NCBI GenBank assembly: GCA_045862955.1
Contig: BTVI01000001.1
Span: 64,001-128,000 of the forward strand
DNA from: Fimbriimonadales bacterium
GTDB taxonomy: Bacteria > Armatimonadota > Fimbriimonadia > Fimbriimonadales > JABRVX01
Direction of reading: 5' to 3'
Length of the DNA: 64,000 nucleotides
Position 1 is the stretch's first letter; every line of letters begins with the position of its first letter. The notes beneath the pieces were generated by a model. That model searched no databases. It saw only the letters and a program-made list of their open reading frames with translations, and was not told the DNA's origin. Position numbers and translations under genes: made by a program. Of the stretch, positions 1-8,524 are shown one piece after another.

Positions 1-380
1 AGGTGGCCGCTCGAGTCCCACACTAGGACCACTTCGGTGTTTGCGTCTATGTGCAGCTCTTTTCGCAAATGCTCTGGGATAGTCAGGCGACCGTTGGGCT
101 TGATCTCTTGTCCATGCTCCGCAGGCTGCTCCACGGCGGTCTTGATCGTCCACCAGTCATCCTCGCTGTAGCACTTTTCCCGGAGACCAGCGATGTAGCT
201 TTCAAAGTCCTCATCCGAGAAGCAGAGCAGTTCGCCGAGCAGGCCGCTGGTTAGGGTCACGCTGGAGCCGAGCGCTTCACGCATCCGCTGAGGGATGACC
301 ACCCGACCCTTGTCGTCGGTTTTCGTGAACTCCCTCCCCAGACGCAGGGGTCTCGGTTGCTCCGCGCTCGATCCGCCCAA
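1..380 (-). CDS. mraZ: MraZ-like division/cell wall cluster transcriptional regulator (3' end runs off window)
   Basis: Manual minus-strand translation gives two SpoVT/AbrB-type motifs, KTDDKGRVVIPQRMREALG and IKPNGRLTIPEHLRKEL. TTG start at 380 follows a GAGAAGG RBS-like sequence. Missing from the ORF track because it has no stop codon in the window. Confidence 0.8.
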   Translation of the reverse strand, partial: MGGSSAEQPRPLRLGREFTKTDDKGRVVIPQRMREALGSSVTLTSGLLGELLCFSDEDFESYIAGLREKCYSEDDWWTIKTAVEQPAEHGQEIKPNGRLTIPEHLRKELHIDANTEVVLVWDSSGH

Positions 381-444
381 ATCTGCCTTCTCACGAACAA
401 TTCTGCCACTCGGTGCCACGAACGGCTCCGTTTCGGGCAGGCAC

Positions 445-473
445 ATCATATCACAGCGCCACTCAGCTGTCAA
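445..473 (-). promoter_or_regulatory. sigma70-type promoter of mraZ
   Basis: Minus strand reads TTGACA-17 nt-TATGAT. Confidence 0.8.
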
Positions 474-481
474 GCGTTGAG

Positions 482-523
482 CAAGGATTCCACCGTACTT
501 TCACAAGGATTCCACCGTACTTT
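482..523. repeat. Perfect 20-bp direct repeat (period 22) upstream of the mraZ -35 box; possible MraZ operator
   Basis: CAAGGATTCCACCGTACTTT at 482-501 and 504-523; the minus strand contains GTGG cores. Confidence 0.75.
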
Positions 524-831
524 GCTCAGCTTAGTAGAGAACACGTGGAAGTCCGTCTACTTTTCTAGGGGAGTTCGGCTATAGTAGACGCTTATCTACT
601 ACCGCAGTAGAGACTGCGTAGCGACGTCGCTGCCGGCTGGACAGGCACAGAACCCGCTGCCCCCATCCCAGCTGTCCGACTCAGGCGGCCAGCAGCTGGC
701 GAGATGCCAGTGACTTCGCCGTCTCGGCGAAGTATTCGTCCGGCGAACCGGCGGAACTACGCCGTCCCGGAGACCTTCGCTCCGGCGGGACGGCGAAACT
801 GCGCGTGGCGGAAGTGCCCGCAGCGCAACAA

Positions 832-862
832 TTGGCCGGCTCGAGGATATCGAGCCGGCCAA
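832..862 (-). terminator. 13-bp stem-loop downstream of the repeat-protein gene
   Basis: TTGGCCGGCTCGA-GGATA-TCGAGCCGGCCAA, 15 nt after the stop at 878; no clear U-tract. Confidence 0.45.
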
Positions 863-877
863 CACGAGCTGCCGCTG

Positions 878-2710
878 TCAGCGAACGAGGGGTCTGTGAC
901 TGCTACCCGCCTCGGTGATGTACCACTCGTATCCGCGCCGCTCAAGGGTGTAAGCGACATATACGGTTTCGTAGTAGTCGTCCACGTTGACGAAGGTGTG
1001 AGTGGCGTACACTACCACCATGTCACTGCTCCTGCGCGCGACGCGGTCCACACTGAACGACTTGGTACGAACGTTCAACACCGCGTCCCTCGTGATGGCT
1101 GCATAGTCGTATCCTTCCATCGAGTAGGAGTACTCGCCGTCGAGGAAAATCGCGATTCGATCTTCTGGCCGGACGTGTCTCTCGATGAGCCCCGGATCGG
1201 CATAGCGCCACGCGTCTACTATGTCCGATATGGCACGATCCAGCGGTGAGTACGTCGGTCTCTCTAGGTAGTACCCAGAGCGGACGTACACCCAAGAGAT
1301 GGGTCGCTCCACATACACTACCACTGGATACGAGACCCACACCACTCGCAAGTACCACACATACCCAGGAAGACAGCCATAGTAGTAGTAGAGGGATGGG
1401 ACCGTGCAGCGAGGAACGGGCACGTAGCAGTAGTAGTCCCAGTACCAGAACCGATCGCACCACCACGGATCATAGTGCCAGTAACCATGACGCCATCCAT
1501 CCACGTTCACGATGACACCCGCGCGATCTCTCTGCCGCTCGAGATGCCCGAAACGAATAGGAGCGGGTTTCTGCACCATTACGCCGGCGTCCTTGCGGTT
1601 CAGGTTGTGGTTGCCTCCTTTGTCGGGTGCAGGGACCCCGCGGATCTCGTTAGTGCGCGGATAGGTGATGCCCTGTTCGCGGTTATAGTTCTCACGGCCC
1701 GATCGGATGCCATCGAGCAACGCGCCGGCACTCTCACCTCCGCGCAAGTTCCCCGATGATGTTCCACCGCCAGGCCTCGGGGCCTCTCGCACATGGCCGC
1801 CATCGTAGGAGCCTTGTCCACCACTCCGAGGAGGTGTCACCACCGAACCACCCGACTGGCCGCCACTCCGAGGTGGTGTCACCACTGAACCACCCGACTG
1901 GCCGCCGCTGCGAGGAGGTGTCACTACCGAACCACCAGACTGGCCGCCACTCCGAGGTGGTGTCACCACCGAACCACCCGACTGGCCGCCACTCCGAGGT
2001 GGTGTCACCACCGAACCATCCGACTGGCCGCCACTCCGAGGAGGTGTCACCACCGAACCACCCGACTGGCCGCCACTCCGAGGTGGTGTCACCGCTGAAC
2101 CACCCGACTGGCCACCGCTCCGAGGTGGTGTCACCACTGAACCACCCGACTGGCCACCGCTGCGAGGAGGTGTCACCACCGAACCACCCGACTGGCCGCC
2201 ACTCCGAGGTGGTATCACCACCGTGCCACCCGACTGGCCGCCACTCCGAGGTGGTATCACCACCGTGCCACCCAACTGGCCGCCACTCCGAGGTGGTGTC
2301 ACCACTGAACCACCAGACTGGCCGCCGCTGCGAGGAGGTGTCACTACCGAACCACCCGACTGGCCGCCACCCCGAGGAGGTATCACCACTGAACCACCCG
2401 ACTGGCCGCCAATACGAGAAGGCGTGACCACCGAGCGCCCAGACTGACCTCCGCTGCGAGGCGGAGTAACCTGGGGACTTCCAGACTTTGCCGGAATGGA
2501 GCCCGACGAGCGGTACCTAGCCGGTGGCGTGTTCTTGGCATCAGAGCCTTTGTCGGCCGGCGCCTTGGAATCTGCTTGCGCAAAAACGGCAAGGGCCGCG
2601 CCGGCTTGCGCATGAGCCCCAGGAACTAGGCCCATGGTCGCAAGGAACAGAATGCCCGCGCCGACCCATATCGCCTTGCGAAGAACCGGGGCTTGCTGGC
2701 TGAAAATCAT
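878..2710 (-). CDS. Exported protein with ~16 GGQSGGSVVTPPRS repeats, a Trp/Tyr/Cys-rich segment and a C-terminal globular domain
   Basis: 610-aa ORF with signal peptide (…PGAHA-QA), low-complexity repeat block and WHYDPWWCDRFWYWDYYCY segment. Confidence 0.8.
   Translation of the reverse strand: MIFSQQAPVLRKAIWVGAGILFLATMGLVPGAHAQAGAALAVFAQADSKAPADKGSDAKNTPPARYRSSGSIPAKSGSPQVTPPRSGGQSGRSVVTPSRIGGQSGGSVVIPPRGGGQSGGSVVTPPRSGGQSGGSVVTPPRSGGQLGGTVVIPPRSGGQSGGTVVIPPRSGGQSGGSVVTPPRSGGQSGGSVVTPPRSGGQSGGSAVTPPRSGGQSGGSVVTPPRSGGQSDGSVVTPPRSGGQSGGSVVTPPRSGGQSGGSVVTPPRSGGQSGGSVVTPPRSGGQSGGSVVTPPRSGGQGSYDGGHVREAPRPGGGTSSGNLRGGESAGALLDGIRSGRENYNREQGITYPRTNEIRGVPAPDKGGNHNLNRKDAGVMVQKPAPIRFGHLERQRDRAGVIVNVDGWRHGYWHYDPWWCDRFWYWDYYCYVPVPRCTVPSLYYYYGCLPGYVWYLRVVWVSYPVVVYVERPISWVYVRSGYYLERPTYSPLDRAISDIVDAWRYADPGLIERHVRPEDRIAIFLDGEYSYSMEGYDYAAITRDAVLNVRTKSFSVDRVARRSSDMVVVYATHTFVNVDDYYETVYVAYTLERRGYEWYITEAGSSHRPLVR
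1815..2470. repeat. 42-bp intragenic tandem repeat, ~16 copies
   Basis: Unit like CCACTCCGAGGTGGTGTCACCACCGAACCACCCGACTGGCCG repeated with mostly synonymous variation. Confidence 0.95.
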
Positions 2711-2779
2711 CTTTCTCGCCTCCCAACCTTGGAGCCATCTGCTGCTCCAAGGAGTCAGACGCGCGAAGGCTGTTCGGCG

Positions 2780-3223
2780 TCAGCCCTTCTTTCGTCTGCC
2801 CCAAATAGCGTTGTCGAGAGACACGGGTCCGCCGCCCGCAAGAACGAAGTACAAGCCCATCGCTGCCAGCGCAAGGTTGTACTCGAACCCGTTGTCTTTC
2901 AACGAGAACCCGTGCTGGCCGTGTACCAGGGCGATCGCAACGGCCATGACCACGACGATGCCGAGCCCGCAGAGCCGCGTCAGGAATCCCAGGACGAGAC
3001 CGATCCCGCCGCCGAGCTCCGCGAGAATGGCGAGGTAGGTGAGAACGGGAGGGATTCCCAGACCCTTGAAGTTCTGGACCGTCTCCGATATGGAGCCAGT
3101 GCCGAACAAGCCCACCTTGTCAGCACCATGGTAGACAAAAACAGCTGCCAGAGCCAGTCGCAGAACCAGCGCTCCGAACTCGCGAAGCGCAACCGAGCCC
3201 TTCTTCTGCGATCCGTTGCTCAT
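2780..3223 (-). CDS. DoxX family membrane protein
   Basis: LVLRLALAAVFVYHGADK, AELGGGIGLVLGFLTR, NGFEYNL and GGGPVSLD motifs. Confidence 0.9.
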   Translation of the reverse strand: MSNGSQKKGSVALREFGALVLRLALAAVFVYHGADKVGLFGTGSISETVQNFKGLGIPPVLTYLAILAELGGGIGLVLGFLTRLCGLGIVVVMAVAIALVHGQHGFSLKDNGFEYNLALAAMGLYFVLAGGGPVSLDNAIWGRRKKG

Positions 3224-3317
3224 ACTCTATGCCTCCCTTCCCGTGACCTGCCGCACTACACGCGACAGGGCACGATGTTCGCTGCATCTATCACGTCCCG
3301 AAGGGTGCCCCCTTCGT

Positions 3318-4427
3318 CTAGCCCGCGCCGTCAGACTTGCAGCGTGCATCCGAGCGACTGATTGCGCGGGCGTATACCGCCTCGACTCGCTCCAACATCC
3401 TAGTATGCGTGAAGTTTTCGCGCACTCGCTGCTTACCCCGATCGCCCATCCGGATTCGCTTTTCGTCGTCCGAAAGCAACTGTCGGATTGCATCCGCAAG
3501 TCTTCGGCTGTCCTGCTCGATCAGCAGGCCGGTCTCTCGGTCCACTACGACTTCCTCGAGGCCGCCGGTTCGGGTCGCGATCACGGGACGACCTCGGGCC
3601 ATGGCCTCGATGGCCACCATGCCAAAGGTTTCCTTCTCGGAAGGAAGCAAGACGATCTCCATGGCATCCATCAGTTGCGCAACGTCGTCGCGGTCACCCG
3701 CGAGCACTACATAGCTTGCCAGTTCGTGCCGAGCGATGGCTGCCTCGAACTGTTCGCGAAAGCCGGGCTCTATCCGCCCAACGAAGAGGAAACGCGCCTT
3801 CTTTTCTGACTCGACGACTTGCCTCGCTGCCTCGAGGGCGATGAGGTGGCCTTTCTCCCGCGCGATTCGGCCGACTAGGCCGATAACCCGAGCATCCGAC
3901 GGGATGCCGAACTCCCCACGCACGTCTCTCGTCGTCTCGCTATCTGCCAAGAACTCGGTACCGTTGTGGACGAGGTCAATGGCATCGGCTCGGACACCGG
4001 CAGCGACGAGGCTGTCACGCACGGCCCCAGAAACAGCGATCACGCGGGAGCCTCGCCGAGCGACCAGCCGGTACACCGGATCGCGCGTGAAGACGTGAGC
4101 AGTGGCCACTTGAGGCACTCCGGAAAGGACTGAGAATAGCAGCCCGAGGTAGGTAGCTCGAGTTAGGTGGGTATGCACTACGTCATACCCTTCCCGGGAC
4201 GAGGCTCTGAGCAGAGTCCGGAGCACCACCAGAGACCCTAGGCCCCGCATCCTCAAAGGAAGGACATCGAAGCCGTCTCGACGCGACCACTCTGCGGAGG
4301 GGCATGCGACTGTCACTCGATGTCCGGCCTCGTGCAGCAACCGTGCGAGCAACTGGACGTGTCGCTCACCGCCGGAGTTCTTCGTGCTCGATACGATCTG
4401 CAGCACGTGCAAGGGGCGGTCGCTCAT
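3318..4427 (-). CDS. Glycosyltransferase family 4 (GT-B)
   Basis: GGERHV, VGRIAREKG and ETFGMVAIEAMARGRPVI (E-x7-E) motifs. Confidence 0.92.
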   Translation of the reverse strand: MSDRPLHVLQIVSSTKNSGGERHVQLLARLLHEAGHRVTVACPSAEWSRRDGFDVLPLRMRGLGSLVVLRTLLRASSREGYDVVHTHLTRATYLGLLFSVLSGVPQVATAHVFTRDPVYRLVARRGSRVIAVSGAVRDSLVAAGVRADAIDLVHNGTEFLADSETTRDVRGEFGIPSDARVIGLVGRIAREKGHLIALEAARQVVESEKKARFLFVGRIEPGFREQFEAAIARHELASYVVLAGDRDDVAQLMDAMEIVLLPSEKETFGMVAIEAMARGRPVIATRTGGLEEVVVDRETGLLIEQDSRRLADAIRQLLSDDEKRIRMGDRGKQRVRENFTHTRMLERVEAVYARAISRSDARCKSDGAG

Positions 4428-5281
4428 TCCTTCCTCAATACTAGGATGTGCTGGTGGACGATGCTCGGGATAAAGGCGTAGCGATAGCCGTACAGGTGGA
4501 GCTGCTTACTCACATCGTACCAGACGATATCCGCTTTTAGTACCCAGCCTATGTTTTCCAACGAGTTGGCAAGGTCCGCCGACAGCAGGTGATAGCGCCC
4601 ACCTTGGTACATGTCGCCCACCAGGATGGCGCAGTATCCCTTCGGCCGCAGCAGATCGCGGCAGAGGCCGAACGCGGTGTTCATCTCTTCCAACCACTCC
4701 GTCTTGCCCCGTACTTCCCTGTTGTTGAAACGGCTCAGCCTCTTGCGCAAGCGTCCTTCCTCGGCCTCTTGCCCGAATCTCTTCCACCTCCCGTTGGATC
4801 GCTTTGCCGTGTCCATGTTCCAAAAGGGAACGTCCGTCAGCACGAAGTCGAACGGTCCTTGGAGCGACGGCAGCACCTGGAGGCAGTCGCCGACATGCGT
4901 CTCCTGCGGCGTCAGCCCCTCGCGTCGGCACACCTCGTGATAGATGTCCACCCACCGCGGCTCGATCTCGATACCGACGGCGCGTCGTTCCGTGATCGAG
5001 GCCCCGATCAGCGTTCCGCCGACCCCCATAAACGGGTCCAGGACGCTCCCCTCGCACTTGGTGAAGGTCCGGATCAGCTCTGCGCACAACTCGGGCGGCT
5101 TCTGGCCACCGTGCTGATTCCGTAGCTCGAATTGGAAAGAAGGGGGGTACGCCTTGGGGATCACCGAGCGTGTGGCGAACACCCACTCTCGTCCGGTGAG
5201 GTCGTTGAGGCGGTTGCGCGGGTCGTAGAGGCCTCGACTCGTGCCGTCCGGCTCGAACAGCTCCACAATCTCTGTCGGCAT
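4424..5281 (-). CDS. N4/N6 DNA methyltransferase-like protein (permuted motif order)
   Basis: HGGQKPPEL, SAM-binding VLDPFMGVGGT, GIEIE, then motif IV-like TDVPFW; stop overlaps the GT4 start by 4 bp. Confidence 0.75.
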   Translation of the reverse strand: MPTEIVELFEPDGTSRGLYDPRNRLNDLTGREWVFATRSVIPKAYPPSFQFELRNQHGGQKPPELCAELIRTFTKCEGSVLDPFMGVGGTLIGASITERRAVGIEIEPRWVDIYHEVCRREGLTPQETHVGDCLQVLPSLQGPFDFVLTDVPFWNMDTAKRSNGRWKRFGQEAEEGRLRKRLSRFNNREVRGKTEWLEEMNTAFGLCRDLLRPKGYCAILVGDMYQGGRYHLLSADLANSLENIGWVLKADIVWYDVSKQLHLYGYRYAFIPSIVHQHILVLRKE

Positions 5282-5286
5282 ACACA

Positions 5287-5491
5287 GAAGCGCTTCGCCG
5301 GAAGGTAGTCAGCCTCCTACTGATTGGCCCCCTGGGGAAGCCGAGTACTCGACGGCCTCTGTACGTGTGAATCATGCCCCGGCGCGGTCCTTGGGTTCGG
5401 CCTGCGCGCTCAGTAGGCTGGAAGCGGCGGACGCGGGCCGGGGCATAGAGGTACCAGGAAGCCCTTCGCCGGAAGGTGGGCAGCTTCCTAC
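5287..5491. repeat. 34-bp imperfect direct repeat (30/34) bracketing the dapF-methyltransferase intergenic region
   Basis: 5287-5320 GAAGCGCTTCGCCGGAAGGTAGTCAGCCTCCTAC versus 5458-5491 GAAGCCCTTCGCCGGAAGGTGGGCAGCTTCCTAC. Confidence 0.75.
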
Positions 5492-6294
5492 ATCAGCTCG
5501 ATCTCGGGTTGTCCGGTTACGAAAACGGGACCGGTTCCGGGCCAGCGCACGGCGAGCACTCCCCCTTTCGAGGCCACGCACAGGTCGCCCTGATGCAACA
5601 GCCCATAGGTAACCGCGGCTACTGCGGCAGAGCCGGTCCCACATCCCAGTGTTTCGCCAACGCCACGCTCCCAGATTCGGATGCGCACGCTACCAGGGGC
5701 GAGGGGCTGCACCCACTCCACCGATGTGCGCTCGGGGAAGGCCGGGTGGTTCTCCAGTTGCCGGCTGAGCGCCTCGAACTCAGCGTCGCTTGGCAGAGAG
5801 TGCACGATGATCGCCGAATGTGCGGTGCCCGTGGACACGGGCCGAATGGGGTATGGAAAGCCGGGCAGCACGACTTCTGCCGGCAACGGGTCCGGCAGCG
5901 CGATCGGGATGGCGCTGGCGAGGCGAGACGGTTCCGGTAGAGCAACCGTCACCGCAATCGGCTGGTCGGTATCCACTTTCAGCGATATCGGAATTTCCGA
6001 CGCCCCGTGGCGAATCGCAAACTGCTGCCGAAGGACCGCTCCCGTGAGCCATGCATAGGCTCCTGTGCAGATCAGGCCGTTCCCGCAGAAATCTTCCGTG
6101 CCGTCCGGGTTGAACATCCTCAGGTGCAGGGGCTCACCGGCCTCGAAAACCAGCAGGCCGTCGCACTCGGCGCGAGTGCGGTCTTCGCCCCAGCAGACGT
6201 CGAGAGCCAACGCCGACCAATCGCGCGCCTCGGTCTCACGGAGGTCCACCAGCAGGAAACGGTTCTGCACGGAGGACACGCGGTGCAGCTTCAT
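5488..6294 (-). CDS. dapF: Diaminopimelate epimerase (divergent)
   Basis: FNPDGTEDFCGNG and WERGVGETLGCGTGS carry both catalytic cysteines; start taken at MKLHRV (6294). Confidence 0.85.
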   Translation of the reverse strand: MKLHRVSSVQNRFLLVDLRETEARDWSALALDVCWGEDRTRAECDGLLVFEAGEPLHLRMFNPDGTEDFCGNGLICTGAYAWLTGAVLRQQFAIRHGASEIPISLKVDTDQPIAVTVALPEPSRLASAIPIALPDPLPAEVVLPGFPYPIRPVSTGTAHSAIIVHSLPSDAEFEALSRQLENHPAFPERTSVEWVQPLAPGSVRIRIWERGVGETLGCGTGSAAVAAVTYGLLHQGDLCVASKGGVLAVRWPGTGPVFVTGQPEIELM

Positions 6295-6301
6295 CGGCGG
6301 C

Positions 6302-8266
6302 CTAGGCGCGGGTCTCGTCGAACACGAGGTCCGCAGGCGCGCTACCGCGGTCATCCACCAGGTACACCCATACGCCGCGACACGGGTGCAAACAACGGAG
6401 CACCTTCAGCATCAGTTCGTTGTCTCCCCGTCGCAGCTCGGCGCTGGTGATGTAGGGCGGTTTCGGCAGCGGCACTGCTTCGTGATGGTCGTGGTACCAC
6501 AGCTTCTTCTCGCGGTTGACCCACAAAACCAAGCCGTCATCGGTAGCGGCAATGATGCGCACCGGTCGGGCTTCTGCGCTAACCACGATGGTCCGGAGGT
6601 ACACGACTCCTGGGCTGTCCCCGAAGTCCTCGGCGAGTGGGACCCAGGGGCCCTCCACCCAGCGCGGCTGCCACTTGCCCGGCAGGTTCGAGCGAAGCAT
6701 GAATACCTCGTCGCGACCGTACACATCCTCGGCGCGATAGTGCTTGTCGAAGGCCGTGCCCTCGGGGTTCGGAAACGGCCCGACAACCATCCAGCCGTTC
6801 GGACGCAAGAGAGCTGCCTCGAACGAGCAGTCTCCGATGCGCAGTGCGAGGCGCCCCCGCTCTGGCGGGTGGCCCGACGGAGACTGCGCCACGACGCAAA
6901 ACTCGTAAGCGGATCCTGGCCTTAGTAGGGCCGGTTGCGGCCGGCACGCCAGTGTCCAATCATTTGGTGCCGTCACGCTCGGCTCGGCGCTGACGTCCCG
7001 GTCGCCTAGGTTCTCGACCGTTATCCTCGCCTTGTTGGAGCGACCGGGGTACACCACGGGTGGTTCCTGGAAGTCGAAGGTGACACGTAAGCCACAGCAC
7101 TCCACGATCTGCGAGTTCGGGTTGAGCGACCACAGAGGGCGGCACAGCGCGCTATCTTTCATTGGGAGCAGCGGATCGGGTGGCTCTGACTGTGGGGCTG
7201 TCTCGTCGCCGGTCACTTCCGCTTCAGGTGTTGGCGCAGGCGCCAGAGCAGGCACCTCACCCACGGTGGCCGGCGCTCCCTCGCGGGCAATTCTCTCCGC
7301 GACTTCGCCCATCCGCTGAGCAAGCGCCTCGAAGGGCACCGCATCCTCGGGTCGTCGGATGTCCGCAGTGCTCAGCAGGCGGTCGCCGAGCGGGCCTTTC
7401 CACTCGTCCGAGATGCCGTCCGCACCGACGAGGATGCCCATCGCACCGCCGACTGCCACACCGAGCGGTGCCGAGTCTCCGCCGAGCGAGGCAGCGAGAC
7501 AGACACTCTCGCCGAAGGAGCCTCTTCCTGCCAGCAGCGAGTAGACGAAGAACCCAACGTTCAGCGGGCCGAATGCGTGACTGGGTTCTCTGGCCGCCTG
7601 TTGGATGCGCTTACGAGCCTCTGCCGGAGCCGCGGGTGCCTCGAGGGCCGCGTTGACTCCGGCCCGCACGCAGGCTGCGGTGTTGGATTCGGCAGGGACC
7701 ATCTTGAGCGCGATGCCCACCGCCTCGGACAGCCGCTTGGTGGCGAACAGGGTAGAGCAAGCTGCCGCCACGAACATGGCGCACAGCACCCCCTCGCGGG
7801 CGTGGTCCACCGTCGCCGCGAGGCCTGCAAGCCGGGCGGTCTCGGCCGGGTCGCCAGGGCAGAGGCAGCCGAACATCGCACCCGAGGCAGCAGCACCGAA
7901 GCCCTGAGCCAAGGCATTTCCTACGAACCCGGAGGCGGGGGCCGTGAGACCCATTTCGAGGTTTCGGTACGCAAACGCCCCCGCTGATGCCCGCGTGTTC
8001 GCGGTGTCGCGATAGCGGGTGCAGAAGGGATGCGGCGAGTTCGGTCTGCCGTGGTCGGCAAGCAGCGACAGCCACGTGAGTTGGAGGTCCAGAGCGGGTA
8101 GTGGCCTCATCGCGGGCGGTATCGGGTTGAAGCCCCTGACAGGAAGGTAGGCGCCACCTCCGGCTCGCTGTGCACCCAGAGTCCCGCCCGCCGCGGCCCC
8201 GTACAGGAAGCCGAGACGGCTCTTTGACGCATCTGCACTCGGGATATATATCGCCGTGCCTACCAT
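6302..8266 (-). CDS. ADP-ribosylglycohydrolase-family domain (degenerate) fused to NEW3/Ig-like and PA14-like beta domains
   Basis: GFLYGAAAGGTLG, ATVDHAREG and GAMGILVG match the ARH fold pattern; C-terminal WMVVGPF…TDDGLVLWVN…GDNELMLKV. Confidence 0.65.
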   Translation of the reverse strand: MVGTAIYIPSADASKSRLGFLYGAAAGGTLGAQRAGGGAYLPVRGFNPIPPAMRPLPALDLQLTWLSLLADHGRPNSPHPFCTRYRDTANTRASAGAFAYRNLEMGLTAPASGFVGNALAQGFGAAASGAMFGCLCPGDPAETARLAGLAATVDHAREGVLCAMFVAAACSTLFATKRLSEAVGIALKMVPAESNTAACVRAGVNAALEAPAAPAEARKRIQQAAREPSHAFGPLNVGFFVYSLLAGRGSFGESVCLAASLGGDSAPLGVAVGGAMGILVGADGISDEWKGPLGDRLLSTADIRRPEDAVPFEALAQRMGEVAERIAREGAPATVGEVPALAPAPTPEAEVTGDETAPQSEPPDPLLPMKDSALCRPLWSLNPNSQIVECCGLRVTFDFQEPPVVYPGRSNKARITVENLGDRDVSAEPSVTAPNDWTLACRPQPALLRPGSAYEFCVVAQSPSGHPPERGRLALRIGDCSFEAALLRPNGWMVVGPFPNPEGTAFDKHYRAEDVYGRDEVFMLRSNLPGKWQPRWVEGPWVPLAEDFGDSPGVVYLRTIVVSAEARPVRIIAATDDGLVLWVNREKKLWYHDHHEAVPLPKPPYITSAELRRGDNELMLKVLRCLHPCRGVWVYLVDDRGSAPADLVFDETRA

Positions 8267-8314
8267 AGCAATTCGAAGACCCTAGGGCCGTAGCTCGATT
8301 GGAGGCTAGCCGAG

Positions 8315-8343
8315 TTGACTTTGACGCCCGGCTGTGCCACACT
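8315..8343 (+). promoter_or_regulatory. Putative sigma70 promoter for the ANTAR regulator/pilB unit
   Basis: TTGACT-17 nt-CACACT with TGn extension. Confidence 0.45.
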
Positions 8344-8524
8344 CTGCGAGCGGAGTCTCATGGTGCGATTCGTCATGATCCGCGAGTACCTCCACCCTCG
8401 CTGGAACGAGCGAATGATGGCAGGTTACCTCGGAGGGTGACGGGGCACCGGAAACTTGGGTCCGAATCCCCCAGAGAGCATCCCCGGCGAGCCTCGGGGT
8501 ACCACTGAGAGAGTGCAAACGAGA

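Noticed and set aside
1815..2470. Possible CRISPR array or separate plus-strand repeat ORFs (1756-2427, 2223-2447)
   Set aside because: It is a spacer-less 42-bp tandem repeat with mostly synonymous variation in the minus-strand frame; the plus-strand ORFs are shadows.
4424..5281. Restriction-modification or prophage island
   Set aside because: No endonuclease, integrase or phage genes nearby; the flanking genes are metabolic or envelope related.
5287..5491. SRP RNA or tandem glycine riboswitch, suggested by CCGGAAGG…CAGC
   Set aside because: It lacks the SRP CAGG…GGAA…AGCAG helix-8 geometry and the glycine aptamer GGAGA/CTCTCAGG elements.
8344..8524. ANTAR target dual-hairpin in the regulator's leader
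   Set aside because: One hexaloop hairpin is present (TCGCT-GGAACG-AGCGA), but it lacks the A1/G4 loop pattern and a matching second hairpin.
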